Assembly: GCF_009914755.1 (NCBI RefSeq)
Contig: NC_060926.1
Source: the human T2T-CHM13v2.0 reference genome, Homo sapiens
DNA length: 64,000 bases
Strand: one strand, 5' to 3'
Under the pieces are notes generated by a model. That model was not told where the DNA came from. It did no database searches and saw only the letters and a program-made list of their open reading frames with translations. How positions within the stretch are numbered: the first letter of the stretch is position 1; each line of letters starts with the position of its first letter. Positions 48,738 through 59,400 of this stretch are shown in pieces. The position numbers and the translations under genes are program-made.

Positions 48738-50034
48738 CTGGAAGATGGAAAGTGTCAAAGGAACTCTAGCTTTCTTCATCTCAACCATATCTTTGTCTAC
48801 TGGAAGCTGGAAATTGTGGAGTATCAGCACAGGGGAAAAGGGAAAGAAACTATCCTGTATTCAATGCCTGCTAGATCTGGCTCTGCCATAGGTGATTGAC
48901 TTGTTTTCACTGACTCATCATCCTATCCCTGTGGGGTGGCATTATTGTTCAATTTAATGATAAATTCAGCCCTGCTTCTGAGACCCACAGAGTTTTTGGG
49001 CCATGTAAATTGCTCATCCCTGGATCTCAGCTCTGAGTCCCAGAGATGAGACAAAGAGATGAGACCCAGAGATGAGGAAGTGTGACCCAGAGATGAGCAA
49101 CTTAGGTTTCCCAAGAGCTCTCAGGGTCTAAGAGGTAGAGCTAAAGTGGAATCCAGACTTGTCTGAGTCTATCATCAGGTTACCCTTAGCTTGAAATAAT
49201 TGGTGAGGAGGTGCTACTGTTGACATGGTTACAACTGGGACCAGGCACATGGGTGCTTATCACCATTTCTTCTAATTGGGTCTACCAGCAGCTTGTGGGG
49301 AGGGGAGACACTTTTGTATCCTCTCCACCACCTACTGTGACCTATGCCAGGAAGAGAGGTAAAAGTCATCATGGAAATGTGGTGTAATGAGAATAGTCCT
49401 GGCTTAGATTACAACCTGGCACTTATTTTCCCCCCTCTAATATTCTGCGGCCTTGACTACATCAAACTCTAAGCCTCTCTGTGTCACTGTCTCCTCTGTA
49501 GAATAGGTATAAAATCACATCTCTACCACCTGACATCACAGGTTGCTATGAGCAAAAAGGACAATGAGGTAATGTACAAGAAGGAATTTGGACAGATATA
49601 AATACAATACAATACTGGGTAAGGGTTGGACTTGAGATTGTTAGAGTTCCTTCTACCTCTAAAGACTGACTCCTGAGGTTACTATCTGGCCAGACTCTGA
49701 AGGTTCTCTCCCACTTGGTCCACCTCGTCTGGGACAGCTCTGGATCTTATCACAGGATGGGTGATGTCAGTTCTATCAAATATGTCATGTTAAACTTAGG
49801 ATTCCAGTTTTCTATTTACAAATGCCTAAGTAGCTTTGGGAACTTCTTTTCCTTTATGCCATTGCAACTTGACATCATGAAATGAGTTTGCTTTCTCACT
49901 AGAGGTAGCCAGAACACCAGTGTCTGTATCACTTGTTAGTCAGCAGACATTTAACAGGGCTCAGCAAGTGGCTAAGCCATGATAGGCACATCTTGAGTAG
50001 ATTTTCCAGCAACTATGTGGACAGAAACTCTTAC

Positions 50035-50120
50035 CTTCACCAAAGAAGCGGCTGTTGATCTTTGGTGTGTCTTCAAGTTTCAAAGTCTGTGTCACTTGTG
50101 CTACCATCCCATACTTATTC
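50035..50120 (-). CDS. APOB: APOB exon 8
   Basis: 86 nt; [28 protein letters not shown]. Confidence 0.96.
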
Positions 50121-50802
50121 CTGGTAACCAAGGAAGCACACCATGTCACGGATGGCCAGAACATACTATTCTTTCCATGTTGAAGGTTTTCCCTGTCTCT
50201 GCATCTACCCAAGTCCTGCCCATCTTTCAAAGCATGGGTAAATCCAGCCATTGTTGGCCCTGAATGAATAACATCCACCTCTTCCTGGTCACGCTAGTTA
50301 TCCTCCCATCAAAAAGACATGCGTGCCTTATACTCTCCACTAGTCTGGAGTGGCCAGAGGTAGGAACTAGTGCAATGTCTCAAAATTCTTTCGTATCTTC
50401 CACAACATAGAGCCAAGAATATGGCAGTTACTCAATATATATTCATTGATTATCAGTTTTCAAAGTGGATTTGGATACACAAGTTTCCAGTCAGTATCCC
50501 AAATCTTCCATGAAACCTTTTCTAACCAGGGTACCCTGCAGTGATCCTCAGGTTTTCTGGATCTACAGCCCTTAAAGAATGGGTCTTAGATATCTTTTGT
50601 TGGTCTTGGATTGTTTTGCATGCCTAGGACTTTTCTGCCAAATGGCCTGTTCGCTTAAAAAGGGGGACAGGGAGGGGCGGCATTTTATCCCTCTCCATTC
50701 CTCCCTCCCAGGCACAGGTTTGCCTGGAACAGAGCACTTGAGAAGTGTTCAGTTCACACTGACCCATTAAATGACAAATCAGGGGTGCATCACATGACCT
50801 AC

Positions 50803-50927
50803 TTGTAGGAGAAAGGCAGGAAGAGGTGTTGCTCCTTGCAGATGGCTTCTGCCACATGCTTCCTCTTAGCGTCCAGTGTGTACTGACAGGACTGGCTGCT
50901 GCTGATCAGAGTTGACAAGGGGCGGGT
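50803..50927 (-). CDS. APOB: APOB exon 7
   Basis: 125 nt; [21 protein letters not shown]; AG/GT bounded. Confidence 0.96.
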
Positions 50928-52318
50928 CTATGAAAGAGATTGGAGACGAGCATTTTGATCAGTCCCTGTATCTTCTGTTAAAAGCATTTACCTTCAAGGT
51001 AGAAGGGAGCAGGAGTCCTGTACCACTAGATAAACTCAGAGAAAGAAGATAACTGGGTACTTGACATTTAGACCAGGGGGTGCAACAAGTCGGCATCCCC
51101 AAAGCTGAGTCAAGCTGTAGACTCCTCTTTTTCCACCCTCACTGGACAATGTCTAAACTTTGTATCCTCCACATGCCCATCCCACCACATAGCCCCTCAC
51201 ACACCTGCTCAGTAACTTTTCTTTGCCCAAAAGCCCATTCTTACATGTCTCTTTCATTTACATATTCTTTGCATTTTTTGGGTTCCTGCTCCACATCTTC
51301 CATGAAATGTTGCCCGCTGAGCTACATGAATAATTCTTTCTCCTTCCTGGTCAGGCCCAGGACTTCTTGTCTGCACTGTTCAGCTTATCACCTTATTGAG
51401 TATACCACGTATACTTTATTGACCTGGCTCCTGCATTAGACTGGAAGCATCCTGAGGGGAAGGTCCATGGTTCATCTGCCACTGTCCCTTCCTTGGTGCT
51501 GCCCAGAGTGGGGTTGAGCAAACAGCAGATGCTCAGAAAAGACCCCTAAGCCAGTGCATTATCCTCTTCTGACTGTGGCACTCATGGTCATCAGACTCCC
51601 TGTTTTCAACCCTAAGGACAATGACCAGGAACAGCGCCCAGCATGACAGTGATTGCCCAAGTTATTCATGTTCACTGAGACAGGCTGGGGCTCATATCAG
51701 GGAAGATGTTGCAGGGGTCAGGCAGGCTCAGGTAATATGGTGCTCCATGGCCCCAGTTAACAGAGAGGAGAGGGTGCTCCAGGCCGGTGGCAGTGGGGCC
51801 ATGTTTGGTCAGGGTGGTACTGGGGGTGGAAGGACAAGAAGCTGGAGCACTCTAAGTCACTCCACTTCATGGGATGAGGGAGAGGGGGAGAACACAGGTC
51901 TTGGGACTTCTTCAAAGGCCAGAGGCTTGGAGCTGGCACAAGGAGTCCTTGTGCAGAAGAGAACAGAAGGTGGTTTTGCTGCCCTACATCCATCCCCGGA
52001 ACCTTCTCAGAGGTGAGTAGTCATTACTCTCAAGTGATGAGATTAGAGGCAGTTTGGTGCCAGTGACAGAAGGACAGGAGGAAAGACAGAGCTCTGGGCT
52101 GGGAGGGAGGAGCCTGACTCAAGCCTTGGCTCAACTGATCCCAGGCCGTGAAGCCTGGGCAGACCTTCCCGTGCCTGCTCAGGGTCCTATCTCTAGTCTG
52201 TATAAAAAACAGCCAGGGCAGGCTGTCCTCAAAGGTGCCCACTAGCTCAAAAGTTCTGGAATTGTATTAATAAGAGGATGCTCCTTGCTGTGCACGACAG
52301 TGCTGACATGGGACTTAC

Positions 52319-52474
52319 CATGCCTTTGATGAGAGCAAGTGGGCTGATGCCTGTGCGGATGGGCTTGAAGCGATCACACTGCCCCAGGTCTCTTTCAGTG
52401 GATATTTCTGTTGCCACATTGCCCTTCCTCGTCTTGACGGTAAAGTGAGTGGAGCAGTTTCCATACACGGTATC
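52319..52474 (-). CDS. APOB: APOB exon 6
   Basis: 156 nt; [18 protein letters not shown] (overlaps ORF 52247..52468). Confidence 0.96.
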
Positions 52475-53177
52475 CTATGGAGGAAGAAGATGCAACCACA
52501 TGTATTCAACACGGGCAACATCCTTGGGTACTTGGGAGGGATGGGGTGGGGATCGTGAAAGAAAAAGCAGAAGGAATCTAGCTTTGGGAGGGACTTTCTT
52601 TTTCTTCCTATGCAGAGTGTGGTCTTGCTAGTGCCTGGCCAGCCCAAGTTGGGAGAGAGAAAACCAGTTAAAGGTGGGTCTGCAGAAAGGCCTCCGCAGG
52701 TTGCATCGGTGTCTTCTCCCATTATGGTGTCGTAGAGAAATTAGAACACACAAAAGTGCTCATGGGACTGAGGTGAAATGAATTCTGTCTCACAGTGAAA
52801 CCTGAAATTCGTAAAAGAGACCAGCAACAGATCCCATTATTTTTGGTGTTTAAAATACACACAGGATTTACTGTGTTACACCATAACCCAGCAAACACAG
52901 GTGAAGCATCAAACAAAAGCAGGGGTGGGGTGGCCAGGACTCCTCAATAACTGTTTTAAAATTAGACCCAACCTGATAAGCCTGCTTGGGATGATCTGTC
53001 AGTGAGCCTAAGGGGCAGGAGGAACCTCGGGCACCAGTATTTCACGCCAATCCAGGGCTTCCTATGTAACTAGTCATGGAGCTGACTCAGTGATCTGCTT
53101 TGTATATGGTAGGACTGGTCTCTAACACATGAAGATGAGTTTCAAGGGCCACTGCTATCAGCTTTCTAAATCCTCAC

Positions 53178-53331
53178 CAGAAACAACACTTGCTTGGCTT
53201 CTTCTGTCTCTGGGGGAACCAGGAGGGCAGAAATGATGCCCCTCTTGATGTTCAGGATGTAAGTAGGTTCATCTTTCTCCGGGTAAAGGAAAACCTGCTT
53301 CCCTTCTGGAATGGCCAGCTTGAGCTCATAC
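53178..53331 (-). CDS. APOB: APOB exon 5
   Basis: 154 nt; [19 protein letters not shown]; AG/GT bounded. Confidence 0.96.
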
Positions 53332-53533
53332 CTGTCCCAGAGAGAGGATGGTCACGGAAATGTCCTTCTCCATTACAACTTGCTGGAAGTAAGCTGGGTG
53401 GCACTGAAGTTTCTTTTCTCATATTTTTTTAACCAATTGTTCTTCTGACATCATTTATTTGTAAATATAGAATATAGCTACACATAGACATACATTTTCA
53501 AAAAAGTATGCACATATACATAAGTTTTGGTGA

Positions 53534-53855
<322 letters not shown>

Positions 53856-54759
53856 GTGTTTTAACTTTTTTTGCTTGGCTCATCCAGCCCTGCTCTGTTC
53901 TCCACCCATATCAGTCTCTTTGCCCATCCTCCCCATACGGACACCCGAGTGGTTGTTCCATTTGTTTCTGCACACTCATACAATCCTCTGTAAACATGGG
54001 TGAGTGCAAACAGAGTCATACAAAGATTTTGCCATTGTTTGTTTTATACAAGTGGCATTGTATTATGCATACTTTTATCTTGTTTTTCTCACTTAATTAT
54101 ACTTCACAAAAATCCTTCTGAGTCACTTGGTACAGCTCTAACAGATTTTTTTAAAAGCTGCATGCAGAACATTCCATTCCATGGCTAAATATAATTTATT
54201 CACACATTGCCCCATTTGATGGCATTTGCCCTCTCTCTTTCTGGATTTTTTTTAAACCACACAAACAATACCAAAACAAACATCCTTATGTGCCTATCTT
54301 CACACATTACTGCTTTTATTTTCATGGGCTAGAGTCCCAAAGACTAAAATATCTGTGTCAAAGGGTATTAAGTATTTTAAATTACAGTAGATATTGCCTG
54401 ATGGCTCTCGTTTCCACCAGCAGCTCAGGACAGCACACTTTTCCTCACTGGCCTGCCAGCAACAGGTGCTATCACTGTTTTCCAGTTTTGCAGTATGATG
54501 GGTAAAAGCAGATAAATATCTTGTTGTTACATTAATTCGCATTTCTTGACTACCAGTGAATTGGAGCTTATTTTCATACACTTGTTGGACAGTCATTCTT
54601 TTGTATGGTGTCAGGCCATGGCTGAAGCCCATGCTGACTTTGGTCTTAGGGATTTCCCACTGGGTACTCTCTGAGTTTCTGAGGACCTGGCTGCAGCCAC
54701 TCTGGTTACATCAGGAGGAAAAGGTGACGGACTTATCTCCCACAGCCTACACTCTCTCA

Positions 54760-54908
54760 GAAAGTTCCCAACACAAAGAAATGATAAATGTTTGAGATGA
54801 TGGGTATGCTAATTACTCTGATCTGATCACCATACATTACATGTATCAAAATATCACTATGTTCTCAATAAATATGTATAATTATTGTATGTCAATTTTT
54901 AAAAAAGA
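54760..54908 (+). mobile_element. L1 3'-end fragment
   Basis: Typical L1M 3' UTR text (CACAAAGAAATGATAAATGTTTGAG...) ending in an A-run. Confidence 0.7.
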
Positions 54909-55165
54909 CAGTTAAAGTCATGAAGATGCAAACATGGAAAGCCCTCCTTTTCAAGAACAGGAGTCTCTTCTGTATTTGGAGAAGACCAAGGACCAAAAAA
55001 TAAACCACTCTTTCCTCCTGCCACCATACCCCTCTCCCTCATATACAGTTAAGTCTTGGAGAAAATAAAGCATAGGAAAGAAAGAAGCCTCACAGCCTAT
55101 TTTGGCAAGAAAGGACTGGCATCTGAATCTAATGTTTAGCAAAACTGAAAAATGGGCAAGGATGG

Positions 55166-55527
55166 TGATATGGTTTGGCTCTGCGTCCCCACCCAAATTT
55201 CGTCTCGTAGCTCTCATATTTCCCACGTGTTGTGGGAGGGACCCGGGGGGAGGTGATTGAATCATGGGGGCAGGTCTTTCCCGTGCTGTTCTCGTGATTG
55301 CAGATGGGTGTCGGGAGATCTGATGGTTCTAAAAACAGGAGTTTCTCTGCACAAGCTCTCTTTGCCAGCCACCATCTACATAAGATGTGACTTGCTGTCC
55401 CTCACCTTCCGCCATGATTGTGAGACCTCCCCAGCCACGTGGAACTGTGAGTCCAATAAACCTTTCTTTTGTAAATTGCCCAGTCTCAGGTATGTCTTTA
55501 TCAGCAGCATGAAAACAGACTAATACA
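55166..55527 (+). mobile_element. THE1 (MaLR) solo LTR, intron 4
   Basis: Termini TGATATGGTTTGGCT...AAACAGACTAATACA; internal CAATAAACC. Confidence 0.9.
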
Positions 55528-56157
55528 GACAGAGTTTTCTGATGCTACCAAGTTAACAACTCTATCCTGCCTGTATTCATACACACCTAGGACCCTACAA
55601 ACTGTGATTGAGGATGAGGCAGGGGTGATGTTGAAAATATTTACAATGGGTGCGACATGGGCCCTGACCAGTCAGCAGAGATGCAGCTGCAGTGGCCGAT
55701 CAGCGTGCAGTGGCTGAATGCCAGCCTAGGAGGGGGAGCCACCGAAGCCTTGGTGCTCCTCTGCCCTGCGGTGAACAGACCCTGCCCCGCCATGTGCCGG
55801 CCACAGCAGCCAGTGCCTCTGGGACCCCACACCAAAGACCACCAAGCACTAGTCTTGACTAGTTCTTTAAATAAGAATTCACTTGTTTAAACAAAGCATC
55901 TCAGTTTTATAATCTCAAGAAGTTTAAAGCATGAGATTTTTAGAAACACATGAAAATGATAATTAAAGGAACCTAACTAGGGAAGGGTAACTAATGCTTC
56001 TCTCTTTTTGATGATTGTGAAAACTCAGTAATTCCCTGATCCACGATGGATACGGAATACAAATACTTACAGTCACATCCGTGCCTGGTGCAAACACACA
56101 AGTTCATACCTCAGCGGACACACACACATGCGTGTGCTCATGTACAACATGACTTAC

Positions 56158-56303
56158 CTGGACATGGCTGCAGCAAACTCCTCAGAGTTCTTGGTTTTCT
56201 TCAGCAAGGCTTTGCCCTCAGGGTTGAAGCCATACACCTCTTTCAGGGTGCACTGGCTGGTCTTCAGGATGAAGCTGCAGAGCTGGGGAACCTCCAGCTC
56301 AAC
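56158..56303 (-). CDS. APOB: APOB exon 4
   Basis: 146 nt; [22 protein letters not shown]; AG/GT bounded. Confidence 0.96.
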
Positions 56304-56800
56304 CTGAGAATTCAGGGTAGCAGAGCATTGAGGTTGTCTATCAAGAATGAGAGGTGGCCCCTGAAGCCCAGGGCTTAATCTCTAATCAGAGCACCAAAGG
56401 GAATGGTGCTGGGAACACCACTGCCTGCGCCTCAACACCACATGCCTTATCAACATGCCTCCTGGGTTCTCTGTGCACCAACCTAGACTTAGTCCTATTG
56501 CTGACGTTTTCCCCCTCCCGGGTAACACATTTCTTAAGTTTGCCCCTAGGCATGGGAAGGAGGATGTCCTTTTATTGGTTCTAAAGTTACTCACTTTAAT
56601 TATAAAGAGCTGTGGTTAAATAGAAGCGCTGCAGACTAGGAGTGAAAGTGAAGAAGAAAAACAGAAAGCAGGAAGAGGGCCATCCTTCGTTTCCACAGCA
56701 AATGTCTCCTTAATGTCACCCAAAAAACTGGTTATATCTATTAGGGCCTATTTAGAGCTTTGCATATAGCTGGAGTTTCAACGGATTCCTACTTATTATC

Positions 56801-56983
56801 CAGCACTATTCAAATAACTTTATAGAAATGTTGTACATGTGTGCTGTTCAATATGGGAGCCAGTAGCCAGGGTGGCTGTTGAGCAGTTGAAATGCAGCTA
56901 ATGTGACAACGAATATGAATTTTTAATTTCATTCCATTTAAATAGCCCAATGTGGCTCATGTCTACCATATTGGACAGCACAT
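56801..56983. mobile_element. MER3-like hAT DNA transposon fossil, intron 3
   Basis: Inverted motifs GTGCTGTTCAATATG ... CATATTGGACAGCAC and internal TAGCCA/TGGCT motifs. Confidence 0.75.
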
Positions 56984-57580
56984 ACAAGAGCTACGGTACT
57001 CTCTAAAAAAAGGTGACTGCTCAGCTTGACTTCTCTTCCCCACCCAAACCCCAATAGCAGCCTGTAGATCTGCTCCACATGTATGTAACATGAGTACAAC
57101 CAGTCTCAATAATAAGCAAAGTTTTATTTTAGAACAAACTGTATGTTTATATTTTTTTCTTCTTTCCATTCATTTTTCAGCAACAGATTCTGTTTGACTT
57201 AAATTATAAAAACTGCATTTCACAGTGCGATTCCGAGTTGCCTGCCTCCCATAGCTCACCTACTGGGCCTCTCTCACGCTGAAATCTACAGACCCACACT
57301 GCTGCTAATCTAGATCATGGATTCCTATTGCATCTGGGAAGTTAACGGGAAAATACTTCTGACTTGCGAAATTTGGTGGGGGCAGACCACATCTCAGCAA
57401 TGTGGCTGACTTACAAACAGAGGCAAAGTCCCAGTGCTTTGATCAGATTACAACAGTTCTGGGATGTTCTGCGTTTGCTCAGTACACAACCTCCGGGAAG
57501 GTCGCGTGTTGGGCGCCCGCTGGAACAGGGCTGGGGGAAAGCTGTGGGCTCTAGGTCCCTCCTGCCTGCATCCTCCATAC

Positions 57581-57696
57581 CTTGCAGTTGATCCTGGTGG
57601 CACTTCTTGAATCAGCAGTCCCAGGGACTCCACTGGAACTCTCAGCCTCATAGTTGTATGTGTACTTCCGGAGGTGCTTGAATCGGGTCGCATCTT
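57581..57696 (-). CDS. APOB: APOB exon 3
   Basis: 116 nt; [17 protein letters not shown]...NCK; AG/GT bounded. Confidence 0.96.
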
Positions 57697-58229
57697 CTAA
57701 CGTGGGGAGAAATACGTCAGCCACATAGCAGAAATAGCTCTCCCAAGGACAGCCAATTCTGGGCAGAGAGGGGCAGTGGCATAGAGAATTAAAAATGGTA
57801 ATTCAACTCAAATTATTTTTTAATTGACTTTATACTTAATTTTCCTTTATAGATTTGACTTCTCCATTATGTTTTTGCTGAGGCTAATGTTTAAATTGGC
57901 TGGCATGTCTTGAATATCTCATCTGAGGCACAGGGAAGGGAGTGACAAGTGTCAAGTAATGGGGCTCAGAAAATCTGCATGAGAGACCCTCTGGCAAATT
58001 AAGAGATGACAACATTACGCAAATAGTACTATCTCTAATGCTTTTTTAGCTTGAACACGCCGTAATTCCGTGACTCTAAGACTACCAAATACTTAAGGCA
58101 AAGTTCATTAAGCATTAAGCGTAACTAACTTAACAAACTCCTAGAAAAGAATTTCTGGAGGTTTCCACTGTAGTTGAGAGGAATTTTCTGAACAATTGAA
58201 GAAAAAGAACATCTGGGTCCTGAGTCCAG

Positions 58230-58673
58230 CTGCAGTGATGACAGACGGCCACTAGATGGCGGTGCTGCCCCATCAGAAGTCCGCCCCGCGGCTCCAGCAC
58301 ACAGGGTCGCGCTTGGAGGCCAGTTCCTTTAACCCCCAGGGGTCAGGTAAATAGGAAGGGGGTGGAGGTTCGATTTCTTCACAAAGGTTAAAGTCAGTAT
58401 TTCCTCACCCTCACATGCTTCGAATCAATGACTAGTCACTGATAAACAGGACAGTGATGTTTCTTCAAAGTGTGCACAGGCCAGCGGAGAGACAATCCCT
58501 TCCCTCCCCCGCCCCCAGGCTGAACTTTTGGGACAGAACAGAAGGCCAGGTAGAAGAGAGTTGGCATCCCTTGGGTGTGGGCAGAGGCTCAGGGAACTTG
58601 CTTCCTGGGGTCAGAGCAAGGCACACCACGATGCCATCTCAGCCCTGTAGAGTGGGAGGCCCTCAGGGACCCG
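58230..58673. promoter_or_regulatory. Second-intron liver enhancer (+621 to +1064)
   Basis: SmaI (58670-75) and PvuII (58227-32) sites bound the known fragment. HNF1-like GTTTATCAGTGAC (minus strand) at 58435-58447 and ONECUT-like AATCAAT at 58423-29. Confidence 0.75.
58231..58264 (+). promoter_or_regulatory. Predicted CTCF site with upstream motif
   Basis: GGCCACTAGATGGCGG fits the CCASYAGRKGGCRS core; TGCAGT lies 10 nt upstream. Confidence 0.7.
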
Positions 58674-58732
58674 GGTGTAGGAGAGTGCACGGGGCTGGGC
58701 GCCCTTCCACGCCCCATGCGCAGATGCCTTAC

Positions 58733-58771
58733 TTGGACAGACCAGGCTGACATTTTCCAGCATTTCCTCTT
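58733..58771 (-). CDS. APOB: APOB exon 2
   Basis: 39 nt; EEMLENVSLVCP; AG/GT bounded. Confidence 0.96.
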
Positions 58772-59083
58772 CTGTAAGACAGGAGAAAGAAATCTGTGAG
58801 CTTCCCACGTCTTCCCAGCGGGTGCTAGGGCCCGACAGGGGGACCACCGGCACAGGTTTCACCTTTCAGGAGGGAGGCAGGCTCCGGAGACCCCCTCCTC
58901 AGCCCCTCCATCCCGCGCCCCCCATCCTGAGCCTGCAGGGGCCGCCAGCTGGTCCAATCCCCCCACTCGCCCTGGACCCTGTGGCTGCCCTCCCTCTGGC
59001 CTAGGCCCAGGCTGCCCCGGCCAACCTCGTGCCGCCGGCTCCCTCCCGCTCCCTCTGCGCCCGCAGAGCGGCCGCGCACTCAC

Positions 59084-59165
59084 CGGCCCTGGCGCCCGCC
59101 AGCAGCAGCAGCAGCAGCGCAGGCAGCGCCAGCAGCGCCAGCAGCGCGGGCCTCGGCGGGTCCAT
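59084..59165 (-). CDS. APOB: APOB exon 1 coding part: 27-aa signal peptide (insertion allele)
   Basis: ATG at 59165; MDPPRPALLALLALPALLLLLLAGARA; donor GTGAGT; 82 nt. Confidence 0.97.
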
Positions 59166-59293
59166 CGCCAGCTGCGGTGGGGCGGCTCCTGGGCTGCGGC
59201 CTGGCCTCGGCCTCGCGGCCCTGGCTGGCTGGGCGGGCTCCTCAGCGGCAGCAACCGAGAAGGGCACTCAGCCCCGCAGGTCCCGGTGGGAAT
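59166..59293 (-). other. APOB: APOB 5' UTR (128 nt, GC-rich)
   Basis: Starts ATTCCCACCGGG, with the TATA box beginning 29 nt upstream; matches the known mRNA start as recalled. Confidence 0.85.
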
Positions 59294-59315
59294 GCGCGGC
59301 CGGCGCCCGCACCCC

Positions 59316-59322
59316 ATTTATA
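59316..59322 (-). promoter_or_regulatory. TATA box (TATAAAT, -29)
   Basis: ATTTATA on the + strand at the expected distance from the TSS. Confidence 0.9.
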
Positions 59323-59347
59323 GGAAGCCCAGGCTGCAAGAGCGCCA

Positions 59348-59400
59348 GGATTGCAAAAGGTCCAAAGGGCGCCTCCCGGGCCTGACCTGTTTGCTTTTCT
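59348..59400. promoter_or_regulatory. Proximal hepatic promoter elements: C/EBP, HNF4-type DR1 and FOXA sites
   Basis: ATTGCAAA (C/EBP) abuts GGTCCA-A-AGGGCG (DR1, about -66 to -78); TGTTTGC (FOXA) lies near -95 to -101. Matches the known APOB promoter architecture. Confidence 0.8.
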
